A stretch of 64,000 nt of DNA from Terriglobales bacterium (GTDB lineage Bacteria; Acidobacteriota; Terriglobia; Terriglobales; Acidobacteriaceae). Below are positions 35,332 through 44,949 of this stretch, piece after piece. The stretch is taken from the NCBI GenBank assembly GCA_049585795.1, contig JBAVAQ010000023.1, positions 45,915 to 109,914 of the forward strand, written 5' to 3'. A model generated the notes under the pieces. That model searched no databases and was not told the origin of the DNA. It saw nothing but the letters and a program-made list of their open reading frames with translations. A program made the translations under genes and the position numbers. Within the stretch, counting starts at the first letter, position 1. The number at the start of each line of letters is the position of its first letter.

Positions 35332-36351
35332 ATGATCGTCGCAATGCAAGAATCGGCAACCGAGGAGCAAATCCAGGGAGTGGTGGAGCACCTGATCGAG
35401 ATGGGCTTCTCGGTGCATCGCTCTACCGGCGCGAGGCAAACGGTTGTAGCTGCCGTCGGGGCGCGAGTTGATTTTGATATTCGCAATCTGGAAGTCTTGT
35501 CCGGGGTCGAGCACGTTCACCGTATCAGCGCGCCTTACAAGCTGGCGGGACGAAGTTTCCGCCCGGCGGGCACCGTGGTCGAGTTTGCCAACGGATTAAA
35601 AATCGGAGGCGAACAAGTGGTCGTGATCGCGGGTCCGTGTTCTGTCGAATCTCGAGAGCAGCTTTTCACCACGGCCGAGCGAGTGGCGAAGGCGGGCGCA
35701 CGCGCGCTTCGTGGAGGCGCTTTCAAGCCGCGCAGCTCTCCTTATTCGTTCCAGGGACTCGGGTTGGAGGCTCTGAAACTTTTGCGCGAGGCCGGCGATC
35801 GCTTTGGGTTGTTGGTCATCAGCGAAGTTATGGAGATTTCGCAGATCGCCATCATGCTGCCTTTTGTCGACATCTTCCAGGTCGGCGCGCGCAACATGCA
35901 GAATTTCAATTTGCTACGCGAGTTGGGCAAAGTCAAAAAGCCGGTTCTGCTCAAGCGCGGCATTGCAGCGACTTTGGAAGAGCTGCTGCTCTCCGCCGAA
36001 TACATCATGGCCGGCGGAAACTACGATGTAATTCTGTGCGAGCGCGGCATCCGCACGTTCGAAACCTACACTCGCAACACGCTCGATATTTCGGCCATTC
36101 CGGTCATTCACAAGCTCTCGCACCTGCCCATGGCGTCCGACCCCTCGCACGGCACCGGAATTCGCGATAAAGTCGCTCCTATGGCGCGGGCGTCCGTGGC
36201 CGCTGGCGCTGACGTGCTGTTGATCGAGGTGCATCACGATCCGGACAAGGCGTTGTCAGATGGTGCTCAATCGCTCTATCCTGATCAATTCTCCGAGTTG
36301 ATGGATCAGTTGCGGATGATTGCGCCCGCCGTCGGCCGCAGGATCGCCTGA
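35332..36351 (+). CDS. 3-deoxy-7-phosphoheptulonate (DAHP) synthase, type I-beta, with N-terminal ferredoxin-like regulatory domain
   Basis: 339 aa with IAGPCSVES, LRGGAFKPRSSPYSFQGLG, KRG, DPSHG and IEVHHDP. Confidence 0.9.
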   Translation: MIVAMQESATEEQIQGVVEHLIEMGFSVHRSTGARQTVVAAVGARVDFDIRNLEVLSGVEHVHRISAPYKLAGRSFRPAGTVVEFANGLKIGGEQVVVIAGPCSVESREQLFTTAERVAKAGARALRGGAFKPRSSPYSFQGLGLEALKLLREAGDRFGLLVISEVMEISQIAIMLPFVDIFQVGARNMQNFNLLRELGKVKKPVLLKRGIAATLEELLLSAEYIMAGGNYDVILCERGIRTFETYTRNTLDISAIPVIHKLSHLPMASDPSHGTGIRDKVAPMARASVAAGADVLLIEVHHDPDKALSDGAQSLYPDQFSELMDQLRMIAPAVGRRIA

Positions 36352-36368
36352 GTAGAAACCTCGCCGCC

Positions 36369-36467
36369 GAGACACAGAGGCACAGAGAAGGAAAGACAAA
36401 TGCTGGAACGTACTCTGGTGATGATTTTGTGTTGTGACCTTGTGCGATCTCTGTGACTCTGTGTCTC
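36369..36467. repeat. Long near-perfect inverted repeat (cacagag-type palindromic element)
   Basis: gagacacagaggcacagaga (36369-36388) and tctctgtgactctgtgtctc (36448-36467) match 19/20 as complements, with a 59-nt spacer. Located between the DAHP synthase gene and tyrA. Confidence 0.7.
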
Positions 36468-36484
36468 TGTGGTGAAAATCGCTG

Positions 36485-37363
36485 ATGTCTATTCGCCAAA
36501 TCACGATCATCGGTACCGGCTTGATTGGCGGGTCGCTCGCCTTAGCCCTGAAGAAACACCGATTTGGCGGACGAATCATCGGTTGCGATCGTGCCCCCGT
36601 TCTCGAGCGTGCGCGCATCAAGGCTGCCATTGACGCCGGACACACCAATCCCGCCGACGCGGTTCGCGGCAGCCAAATCGTCGTTCTTGCGACGCCGGTC
36701 AGTGGAATCATTGACCTGATTGAACGGCTCGGTCCTGCGCTGCCTCCGAAGACTCTGCTCACGGACGTTGGCAGTACCAAGGCCCTGGTCCTTGAGAAAG
36801 CTAAAATAATCTTCCGCAAGAACACGGGCGTTCGATTTCTGGCTGGGCATCCCATGGCTGGCAAGGAACAGTCTGGCGTCGAATTCGCTGACCCCGATTT
36901 GTTTCAAGGAGCTCCATGGTTCGTCACTCCAGTTTCGGGACAGAAGGTCTATGACGATTTGAGTGGCGAGTATTTGGAATGGATCGAGAAGATTGGCGCG
37001 CGCATCGCGAGCATGGATGCCGGCGAACATGACCAACTGTGCGCCTGGATCAGTCATTTGCCTCAGATGATTTCCACCGCGCTTGCTGCGTCGCTAGTCG
37101 ATGAATACGGCGCAGAAGCGCCACTGCTCGAAGCCGGTGGACCCGCGTTGCGGGAGATGACGCGCATTTCGAGCAGTCCTTATTCCATGTGGCGCGACAT
37201 CGCTCTAACCAACAAGACCAACATCCGCACCGCGCTTTTGAGGTTGGAGCAGCATCTGGCGCACATTCGCGAAAATCTCGATACCCGAGAACTGGCAATG
37301 GAGTTCGAGCGTGCTCACCAGTTGAAGAAAGTCGGGCCAACCAAACGGAAGCAAATGGAATGA
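36485..37363 (+). CDS. tyrA: Prephenate dehydrogenase
   Basis: Rossmann fold ITIIGTGLIGGSLA, then DVGSTK, GHPMAG and SHLPQMIS. Confidence 0.88.
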   Translation: MSIRQITIIGTGLIGGSLALALKKHRFGGRIIGCDRAPVLERARIKAAIDAGHTNPADAVRGSQIVVLATPVSGIIDLIERLGPALPPKTLLTDVGSTKALVLEKAKIIFRKNTGVRFLAGHPMAGKEQSGVEFADPDLFQGAPWFVTPVSGQKVYDDLSGEYLEWIEKIGARIASMDAGEHDQLCAWISHLPQMISTALAASLVDEYGAEAPLLEAGGPALREMTRISSSPYSMWRDIALTNKTNIRTALLRLEQHLAHIRENLDTRELAMEFERAHQLKKVGPTKRKQME

Positions 37364-37415
37364 ATCATTGATTCATTGGCTCATTGCCGCAATTGTCGTT
37401 TAGAATCTTTCTCTC

Positions 37416-38114
37416 ATGAACAAGGTCGTTGCCAATGCCGACGAGGCCGTGCGCGATATTTCCGACGGGGCTACGCTCATGGTTGGCGGCTTTGGGCTTT
37501 GCGGCATTCCGGAGAACTTGATCCGCGCCTTGGTCCGAAAAGGCGTGAAGAATCTGACCACGATCAGCAATAACGTAGGTGTCGACGGCTTTGGCATGGG
37601 CCTCTTGCTCGCCGCGGGACAGATTCGCAAACATATCGGAACCTACGTTGGCGAAAATAAGCTGTTGGAGCGGATGGTTCTGGAAGGCAAGGTCCAATTG
37701 GACCTTGTCCCGCAGGGAACATTTTCTGAGCGCATGCGCGCGGCTGGCGCCGGCATCCCCGCCTTCTTCACACCCACCGGCGTGGGCACGATCGTCGCTG
37801 AAAACAAGGAGACACGCGAGTTCGATGGCCGCATGTACGTCATGGAACACGCGCTGAAAGCGGACTTTGCACTGGTGAAAGCCTGGAAGGGCGACCGATG
37901 GGGCAATCTCATCTATCGAAAAACGGCGCGCAACTTCAATCCAATGATGGCAACCGCAGCCAAGGTAACGATCGCGGAAGTTGAGCATCTGGTCGAGGTA
38001 GGCGAGTTGGAACCCGATTTGATTCACACTCCTAGTGTCTATGTGAATCGCATCTTCCAGGGCGAGCTCTACGAGAAGCGAATCGAGAAGCGAACGACAA
38101 GGAAGGCAAGTTAG
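37416..38114 (+). CDS. scoA: 3-oxoacid CoA-transferase subunit A
   Basis: GATLMVGGFGLCGIPENLI, GENK and LVKAWKGDRWGNL. Confidence 0.9.
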   Translation: MNKVVANADEAVRDISDGATLMVGGFGLCGIPENLIRALVRKGVKNLTTISNNVGVDGFGMGLLLAAGQIRKHIGTYVGENKLLERMVLEGKVQLDLVPQGTFSERMRAAGAGIPAFFTPTGVGTIVAENKETREFDGRMYVMEHALKADFALVKAWKGDRWGNLIYRKTARNFNPMMATAAKVTIAEVEHLVEVGELEPDLIHTPSVYVNRIFQGELYEKRIEKRTTRKAS

Positions 38115-38123
38115 ATCAAGTGG

Positions 38124-38145
38124 GGACAGCCGCCCCCGGCTGTCC
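38124..38145. repeat. Perfect 9-bp GC hairpin (ggacagccg-cccc-cggctgtcc)
   Basis: Lies between the scoA stop and the inserted HNH gene. No T-run follows. Confidence 0.6.
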
Positions 38146-38178
38146 AGGCTGAGAAAACCTCGGCAAGGAGAGAGCGAC

Positions 38179-39141
38179 ATGTCAGCCGCGATCGATAACT
38201 TGTTAAGTACTCAGGCCACCGGTGGGAACGACTATCTATTTACGTGGAAACCGGAGCGTTGGCCTATCGAAGAGCTTCGCAAGAGGGTGAATGAATTCGC
38301 ATCAGGGGGTACTACTGAGGAGCCTTGGAGTTGCCAAGCGTACAGGCAAATCAAAATCGGAGATCGGGCGTATCTGCTCAAACAAGGAAGGCCGATTGGC
38401 ATCTTTGGAAGAGGAACCGTTGTTGCTCCACCCGAGCGCAAACAGAAGGTGGTCCCGGGTGAGAGCCAATGGGAGGTTCGGATCGGTTTCACTGTGTCTC
38501 GAGGCGATGTACTATGGGACCCCGGCGATTCGGAGGACCATTTTCTTGTCGATGAGAGACAGTTGCTCACCGTGCCAGCACCGAAAAACCGATGGCAAAC
38601 TCGATCCGCTGGGATCAGATTAGAGGCCGACGCGGCCCGTGAGATCGACGACATAATCAGAATTTCCGTCTCGATAGGTCGCGGTCGAAGCACTCCCGTC
38701 GATGAAGCCGTTCAGGAAATTGCGCGCTTGAAAAGACAAGTCGAACAGGCAACGCGGCCAGACCAGCAGACATTCCGGGAAAAAATACGAAAAAGTTATA
38801 GGGATAAGTGTGCCGTCACTGCGTGTGCGACGCCGACCGCGTTCGAGGCCGCCCACATTAGCACACGGAAAGGGTCCGACGATAATAGCACCGCAAATGG
38901 GATTCTCCTCCGGTCAGACATCCACGCGCTATTTGACAGCTTTCTCATTACACTGAGTGAGGACGGCGCGGCGGTAGAGGTGAGTTCCGAGCTAAGCGAT
39001 CCGACCTACGGCTTCCTGCGAACGGCCGTAGTCACCCGGCCTGATAACGGGCCTCCATCGAAGGAAAATATCCGACAACACCGCAGACGGTTCTCTGAGA
39101 GGCAAAGACTACGCTCCGGTATTCGCGGCGGCCGGCCTTAG
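38179..39141 (+). CDS. EVE/PUA-like domain + HNH endonuclease (type IV modification-dependent restriction-like)
   Basis: 320 aa. N-terminal [10 protein letters not shown]...[22 protein letters not shown] (EVE-like). C-terminal CAVTAC...FEAAHI...[18 protein letters not shown] (HNH_2 pattern). AAGGAG SD upstream. Confidence 0.65.
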   Translation: MSAAIDNLLSTQATGGNDYLFTWKPERWPIEELRKRVNEFASGGTTEEPWSCQAYRQIKIGDRAYLLKQGRPIGIFGRGTVVAPPERKQKVVPGESQWEVRIGFTVSRGDVLWDPGDSEDHFLVDERQLLTVPAPKNRWQTRSAGIRLEADAAREIDDIIRISVSIGRGRSTPVDEAVQEIARLKRQVEQATRPDQQTFREKIRKSYRDKCAVTACATPTAFEAAHISTRKGSDDNSTANGILLRSDIHALFDSFLITLSEDGAAVEVSSELSDPTYGFLRTAVVTRPDNGPPSKENIRQHRRRFSERQRLRSGIRGGRP

Positions 39142-39152
39142 GCTCGAAATCT

Positions 39153-39836
39153 ATGTCTGTTTCTTCCAAACCGCTGAAAGATGTCGACAAGCGCGAACGC
39201 ATCGTCAAGCGCATCGCTCAAGAACTGCGAGATGGTTTCTACGTTAATCTCGGCATCGGGATGCCGACGCTCGTGGCCAACTACGTTCCCCCCGGCATCG
39301 ATGTCATCCTGCAAAGTGAAAATGGCATGTTGGGCATCGGCCCTTATCCGGTCGAGGGTCAGGAGGATTCCGACCTCATCAATGCCGGCAAAGAGACTGT
39401 CAGCGAAATGGCGGGCACAGCTTATTTTTCAAGCGCCGATTCCTTCGCCATGATTCGCGGCGGCCATATTGACTTGAGTGTTCTTGGCGCCATGGAAGTC
39501 GATGAGGAAGGCAACCTGGCCAATTGGATGATCCCCGGAAAAATGGTGAAAGGCATGGGCGGCGCAATGGATCTCGTGGCAGGAGCGCGCCGCGTAATCA
39601 TTGCCATGGAGCACACCACCAAAGATCTTCAAGCGAAAATATTGAAGAAGTGCACACTCCCGCTTACTGGATTGAGAGTCGTGAATACGATTGTGACAGA
39701 GATGGCGGTCATTCAGGTGACGCCTTCGGGCCTGTTGTTGGAAGAAGTCGCACCCGGCATTAGTGCAAACGACGTCCAGCGCGTCACCGAACCCACCTTG
39801 ATGATTAGTCCTGATCTAAAAACGATGGCAAGCTGA
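39153..39836 (+). CDS. scoB: 3-oxoacid CoA-transferase subunit B
   Basis: [21 protein letters not shown] (catalytic Glu) and GMGGAMDL. Confidence 0.9.
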   Translation: MSVSSKPLKDVDKRERIVKRIAQELRDGFYVNLGIGMPTLVANYVPPGIDVILQSENGMLGIGPYPVEGQEDSDLINAGKETVSEMAGTAYFSSADSFAMIRGGHIDLSVLGAMEVDEEGNLANWMIPGKMVKGMGGAMDLVAGARRVIIAMEHTTKDLQAKILKKCTLPLTGLRVVNTIVTEMAVIQVTPSGLLLEEVAPGISANDVQRVTEPTLMISPDLKTMAS

Positions 39837-39851
39837 ACTGCTCTTGCGGAT

Positions 39852-41546
39852 CTATTGTGCCCCGGCAGAGCTTTTCACTCGCGCCGCCTCGAACTCATCA
39901 CCCTTTTGCCAGCCAATCAGTTTGGTTTGCGACGCGGCTTCCCATCCCAGCACAAATCCAAATCGAGCCATCGCCGCATCGCCCGTGAAATCCATGCTCG
40001 GACGATATTCGTCGCTGGGCTGATGGTAATGCTTCGAGGTGTACTCTTCGGCTTGCTGCACCCCCCAAGCAGCGTCGTGTCCTTTATATTTTGTGCCTTC
40101 ATTGATCGAGAACGATGGAATACCCACGCGCGCCAGACTGAAATGATCGGAGCGATAGTAGTGCCCGGCCTCGGGACGTGAGTCGGGACGAATGGTCAGG
40201 CGAAATGTTTTCGCCATGGCCTCAACCTCGGGATAGAACGTGGTGCGCTCCGCTCCCGACACTTCCACTTCTTCGGGCGCGCCGAGAGGCGGCACATCGT
40301 CATAGTTCAGATCGAGACTGATCTTGCCTGCCGGAAATGGCGGGTGCTTGCCCAGATACTCAGAACCCAACAAACCCTGCTCCTCCGCGGTTACGGACGC
40401 AAACAGAATCGATCGGCGCGGCCGCTGCGCTGCCTCGGCGTACGTGCGCGCCAGCTCCAACAAAATGCCGCAACCAGTCGCATTGTCGTTGGCGCCGTTG
40501 TAAATGTTGTCGCCCGGCAGATCCGGACGAATGCCAAGGTGATCGTAGTGAGCCGTATACATCACGGCCTCGCTCTTCAGCTTGGAATCGGACCCGGGCA
40601 GCATTGCCAAAACGTTGTTCGATTCGAAGGGACGAATCTTGCTTACCATGTGGGCTTTCAATTTGACTGGCAGCGTCACCGGATGAAAATCGCGGGAGCG
40701 CGCATCTGCCATCATCTTGTCGAGATCCATGCCGGCGGAAGCTGTCATTTGTTTCGCAACTTCGAACTGGACCCAGGCCGCGACCTTCAATTTCGGCGAG
40801 CCGTCGAGCTTCAGGTACGCCTTTTCTCCCGAGTTCGAGTTCCGCACGACTTCCCAGGGATAGCTCGCCATCTCGGTCTGATGAATGAGAATCGCGCCCA
40901 CGGCTCCCTTCCGCGCCGCTTCTTCATACTTGTACGTCCAGCGTCCGTAATAGGTAAGAGCTTTTCCTTTGAAAAAATTCACATCGTCGGAGGGCGGCTC
41001 GTTCACCAGCATGAGCAGAACTTTGCCGCGCACATCCGTGCCCTTGTAGTCGTCCCATTGATATTCGGGAGCGTCAATTCCGTAGCCCACATACACGATG
41101 TCGGCGTTTACGTCAGAATGCGGCTCTTGCGTCTGGTCGTACGCAACATACTGTTCAAGCGGCTTCAGATCTGTAGTTCCTTTCGATGAGACCACGGAAA
41201 ACGTAGTTTCCGGGGCAGGCGTAATGCCCACCAATGGAACCTTCTGCATGTAGGTGCCGTGGTCGCCGGCCGGCTTTAGACCGTAGAGAGCAAATTCAGT
41301 CGCAATATATTCTGCCGCGATGTCACCGCCGCGCTGGCCCGTGCCGCGGCCTTCAAGCAAGTCGTGCGAAAGAAAGCGGACGTGCGCCCGAATGCGTTCC
41401 GGATCGATCTTCTGCATGGCGGCAAATGCAGCCCCGGGTAGGCGCACGGAATCGGTCGTTGTACGGTTGTGCTTGTGCGAGGACTGTGTCACGGAAAAAG
41501 TTGAGAACGTAAAAACTGAGAAGAACACAATGATGCCAGTACGCAT
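39852..41546 (-). CDS. Secreted M28-family metallopeptidase with PA domain
   Basis: 564 aa with a signal peptide. YDHLG, GANDNATGCGILLELAR, AEEQGLLGS and SDH. Confidence 0.85.
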   Translation of the reverse strand: MRTGIIVFFSVFTFSTFSVTQSSHKHNRTTTDSVRLPGAAFAAMQKIDPERIRAHVRFLSHDLLEGRGTGQRGGDIAAEYIATEFALYGLKPAGDHGTYMQKVPLVGITPAPETTFSVVSSKGTTDLKPLEQYVAYDQTQEPHSDVNADIVYVGYGIDAPEYQWDDYKGTDVRGKVLLMLVNEPPSDDVNFFKGKALTYYGRWTYKYEEAARKGAVGAILIHQTEMASYPWEVVRNSNSGEKAYLKLDGSPKLKVAAWVQFEVAKQMTASAGMDLDKMMADARSRDFHPVTLPVKLKAHMVSKIRPFESNNVLAMLPGSDSKLKSEAVMYTAHYDHLGIRPDLPGDNIYNGANDNATGCGILLELARTYAEAAQRPRRSILFASVTAEEQGLLGSEYLGKHPPFPAGKISLDLNYDDVPPLGAPEEVEVSGAERTTFYPEVEAMAKTFRLTIRPDSRPEAGHYYRSDHFSLARVGIPSFSINEGTKYKGHDAAWGVQQAEEYTSKHYHQPSDEYRPSMDFTGDAAMARFGFVLGWEAASQTKLIGWQKGDEFEAARVKSSAGAQ

Positions 41547-41807
41547 CCTTCAGAGGCTCCAGAAAAGTAAGTTGTGGATAAGGACCTTATTGTACGGGAA
41601 ATCGGCAGAACCGCCTTGTTACTAGTGGACTGACCTTTTGGGTTCTGCCTTAGTAGCGCCGCCATCCACGGCGGCTGTCGTGAGGGCGTCCCGCTCCCAC
41701 AGCGAAGGCAAGCTCTCCGCTCGACAGCCGGCAAGATGCCGGCGCTACAAAAAGATTCTTTCGGTCAGGTAGCTCATGCCCGCGACCGCGGGCTAGTTTT
41801 TCGAGCT

Positions 41808-42305
41808 TCAACCAGCGCGAAAATCAGGAATCTGCTCGTTGCCGCGGAACACCGGTTTTGGTCCATCGCCGTTGAGTTGTGCGGCCTTGCGGTTGATTTC
41901 TTCGATCGCGTTCCGCTCCCATCCTACGCTGGAGATTTCGATCTCACCATCCTGTCCGATCCAGAAAATGGTCGGCACGTTGGTCAAGCCATAGGCGTTC
42001 GAGACTGGATAGGTGTTCGTGTCATCCAGCAGCACGGGAAAAGTCAGGCCGTATTCCTTGATAAACGCGGCCGTGTCTTTTTTTTCGTTCTGCGATACGC
42101 CGACAATGGTCACATTTTTCCCGCCATGAGCTTTGTAAATCCGCTCAAGGAACGGGAAAGTGTATTGGCACACCGGGCACGAGACTTTGAAGAAAGCCGC
42201 GATGACCGGGCCGCGCGTAAGCGCCTCGCGCAAAGAGAACTGCTTGCCATCCATCGTTTGCAGCTTGAAATCCGGCGCGGACGTTCCCGCGCTAAGAGCA
42301 GCCAT
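41808..42305 (-). CDS. TlpA-like thioredoxin-fold redoxin (AhpC/TSA family)
   Basis: Start at MAALSAGTSAPDF. CPVC active site. Confidence 0.8.
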   Translation of the reverse strand: MAALSAGTSAPDFKLQTMDGKQFSLREALTRGPVIAAFFKVSCPVCQYTFPFLERIYKAHGGKNVTIVGVSQNEKKDTAAFIKEYGLTFPVLLDDTNTYPVSNAYGLTNVPTIFWIGQDGEIEISSVGWERNAIEEINRKAAQLNGDGPKPVFRGNEQIPDFRAG

Positions 42306-42400
42306 ATTGTTTCCTCCGAAGATTTTTCGAAGCCACCTCACGGTTCCTTCCATTTTAACGTGGATTTGCAACTGCCCAGCCGCAAGACCACGCGCACTCC

Positions 42401-43435
42401 TTATTCCAGCCACTGCGGATTGTGGAATGTTCCGTCAAAGTTATGGGCCGTTTTGTAGAGCTCATACTCGCCACTCTGCGCAGCCTTTTCCGTTTTCGCC
42501 AGAAGAGCATTCACCTGTTCCTTGCTCAGAGAGCGGAAACTACGAGCGACCTTCAGCGCCTGTTGCAGAATCGGAAGCGAATCGCAGCCGGTGATGACGA
42601 CGCTGGTCGGCAGGTTCAGCGCGTACTGCAGGCACTCCACCGGTTCAGCCGTTTTGCTCTTAAGGATCAGGCTGTCGCCCATGGGCTTCATGCCGAGCAC
42701 GCCGATGTTGTGTTTCACCAGCACCGGCAGAACTTTTTTCTCGAAACTGTCGTAATGCGCATCCATCAGGTTCAGCGGCATCTGTACGGTATTCAACGTG
42801 AATTTGTGCGCAAATGCAGTGTCCAGCATCTTGAGATGGATTTCCGGACTCTTGTGCCCCGTAAATCCAATGTAGCGAACTTTGCCCTTTTCCTTGGCTT
42901 CGACCACCGCCTCCATCCCGCCATTCACCGCAAAAATTCGCTCCGGATCAGTATCGCGGATCACCTCGTGGAACTGGAGAAGGTCAATGTGATCTGTCTG
43001 CAGTCGCCGCAGAGATTCATCGATCTGCCGGGCTGATCCTTGTTTGGTTCGGCCATCGATTTTGGTCATCAGGAACGCTTTCTGCCGGTAGCCGTCGCGC
43101 AGGGCCTTCCCCATGCGGATTTCGCTCTCGCCGCCGTTATAGTCCCAGCAGTTGTCGAGAAAATTCATGCCTTCGTCAAGAGCGGTCCGAATGATCCGAA
43201 TGCTTTCGTGCGGATCGCTCTGCATGCCGATGTGAAATCCGCCAAGGCCGATGCAGGAAACGTTCTCGCCGGTATTTCCGAGTGTGCGGTAGGGAACGCC
43301 GTTCTTGATTTCAGTCGACCACCCGTTTTGCAACAGACTTCCGGCCACCACCGTGCCAACAGTAGCCCCGAGAAAGCGGCGTCGCGTAAGCTCGGCGTTC
43401 ATCTTTTCGCTGACTGCGGGCATGGATCTTCCCAT
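42401..43435 (-). CDS. Aldo/keto reductase with Tat-type signal
   Basis: TRRRFLGATVG twin-arginine motif. AKR motifs GLGGFHIG, FLDNCWDYNGGESE and IDLLQFHE. Start chosen at the ATG at 43435 (GGAG 6 nt upstream). Confidence 0.85.
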   Translation of the reverse strand: MGRSMPAVSEKMNAELTRRRFLGATVGTVVAGSLLQNGWSTEIKNGVPYRTLGNTGENVSCIGLGGFHIGMQSDPHESIRIIRTALDEGMNFLDNCWDYNGGESEIRMGKALRDGYRQKAFLMTKIDGRTKQGSARQIDESLRRLQTDHIDLLQFHEVIRDTDPERIFAVNGGMEAVVEAKEKGKVRYIGFTGHKSPEIHLKMLDTAFAHKFTLNTVQMPLNLMDAHYDSFEKKVLPVLVKHNIGVLGMKPMGDSLILKSKTAEPVECLQYALNLPTSVVITGCDSLPILQQALKVARSFRSLSKEQVNALLAKTEKAAQSGEYELYKTAHNFDGTFHNPQWLE

Positions 43436-43471
43436 AAGAGTCTCCGTTCTCGGCCAGGGGCCACAAAACAA

Positions 43472-44461
43472 TTAGATGATCTTAGCCGCGCGCAGGATTT
43501 TTCGCGCCAGACCGGTTAACGGCAAAGCAGTGACGCGGGACTTCCGCACCCAGCGTCCGTTTAGATCCTGAGGAGCGTGGCCGCGCAGCACATGCACGAC
43601 ATAGTCGGTCACGGTGATGGAGTGCCTCACCGTGAGCCACGCCGCCTTTGTTTCGTCCGCACCGAGAGCCTCCGGCAACTCCCACATGCCGGGCATCAGA
43701 GCCGCAGCCTTCGCGCGCTGAACCAGAAAAACTGATCCCTTCCGGCGAGCCAGCGTGTAATGGATTACTCGCTTGGTCTGGCGAGGTACCTTCCTTGGCC
43801 TCTGCAGTTCTCCGCGGGTCGCGCACAGATCAGACACTGGGCACAACAGGCACTGGGGCTGCCGAGGCAAACATACGGTCGCACCCAATTCCATCATGGC
43901 CTGGTTGAAATCGCCCGGACGCTGGCGACTGAGCAGGCTCCCCGCTGCTCGCCACAACTCTTCGCCTGCAAGATTCTTTCCTTGGACACGCTGCAAAACG
44001 CGCTCCACGTTTCCATCGACCACAGCCACTGGTTGGCCGAAAGAGATGCTGGCAATCGCTGCCGCCGTATAGCGGCCAATCCCAGGCAGAGTGCGTAAAC
44101 TTTCTGCGCTCCCCGGATACGCTCCTCTATGCTCTTTCACAATCATCTTCGCCGCCGCATGCAACATGCGAGCGCGACGGTAGTATCCCAGCCCGCTCCA
44201 GGCCGCCAGCACCGAGGCTTCTCTCGCGGAAGCCAGCTTTTCGACGCTGGGGAAGCGCCGCAAGAATCTTTCATAGTGATTCATAACAGCAACTACCCGC
44301 GTTTGCTGCAGCATGATTTCGGAAAGCCAGACACGATACGGATCGTGATCCTGCCGCCAGGGCAAGTCACGTTTATGCTGGTCAAACCAGTTGAGCAGGC
44401 GTTGCTGAAAGCGTCGCCCGTCCGCCGAATTCTCGTTTTTCCTGACTTCTTCTAAGGTCAT
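43472..44461 (-). CDS. mutY: A/G-specific adenine DNA glycosylase
   Basis: WLSEIMLQQTRV, GLGYYRRAR, HhH GIGRYTAAAIASI, Fe-S cluster CLPRQPQCLLCPVSDLC, and a NUDIX-like C-terminus. Confidence 0.9.
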   Translation of the reverse strand: MTLEEVRKNENSADGRRFQQRLLNWFDQHKRDLPWRQDHDPYRVWLSEIMLQQTRVVAVMNHYERFLRRFPSVEKLASAREASVLAAWSGLGYYRRARMLHAAAKMIVKEHRGAYPGSAESLRTLPGIGRYTAAAIASISFGQPVAVVDGNVERVLQRVQGKNLAGEELWRAAGSLLSRQRPGDFNQAMMELGATVCLPRQPQCLLCPVSDLCATRGELQRPRKVPRQTKRVIHYTLARRKGSVFLVQRAKAAALMPGMWELPEALGADETKAAWLTVRHSITVTDYVVHVLRGHAPQDLNGRWVRKSRVTALPLTGLARKILRAAKII

Positions 44462-44724
44462 TTATGGAGACCGTACAACCTCCGGGGTTCCTAACCTCAC
44501 AAACTTGAGAGACTATCTCGAAGGACGACTTCGCATGGCGCGATTTTACCGCAACTTCTCTACACGGTCGGAAGCGCTTGCTCGCACCTTTTTCCGCTTA
44601 TGCGGGAGTATGACCGAGGATGCCTCCCTGTTGACCTACGCTGCCGGGCAGGGAATAATGGCTGAGCCTGGTGTCCGCAATCTACGAGTGCCGGTTTACG
44701 CGCTCACGAAATCGAAGGACCTCC

Positions 44725-44949
44725 ATGAACGACTTCAACCGCAAGGTGGAAGAAGCATCCGCGCGCATCAACAAGTCCGTGGCCGAGGTCGCCGCCACGG
44801 TGGAGAAAGAAACGGCGGAATTGATTGCTCATCTGAACGACGAAGTAGTGCCGGTGGTCCGCCAGCATTCCACCAGGGCGTTGCGAATTGCGGCGGAGAA
44901 ATTGGCGAACCTCGCCGACTACATGGAGAATCAGCCTCCCCGCAAATGA
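44725..44949 (+). CDS. Small helical hypothetical protein
   Basis: Start at MNDFNRKVEE. ATGA overlap with the rlpA start at 44946-44949. Confidence 0.45.
   Translation: MNDFNRKVEEASARINKSVAEVAATVEKETAELIAHLNDEVVPVVRQHSTRALRIAAEKLANLADYMENQPPRK

Noticed and set aside
37365-38180. 271-aa minus-strand ORF
   Set aside because: It is antisense to scoA, which has unambiguous CoA-transferase motifs.
40344-41189. 281-aa + strand ORF
   Set aside because: It is antisense to the M28 peptidase gene and has a biased Arg-rich composition.
44505-44945. N-terminal 147-aa extension of the rlpA ORF
   Set aside because: It overlaps the better-supported small gene at 44725-44949 in another frame. The lipoprotein signal and lipobox begin right after the ATG at 44946.
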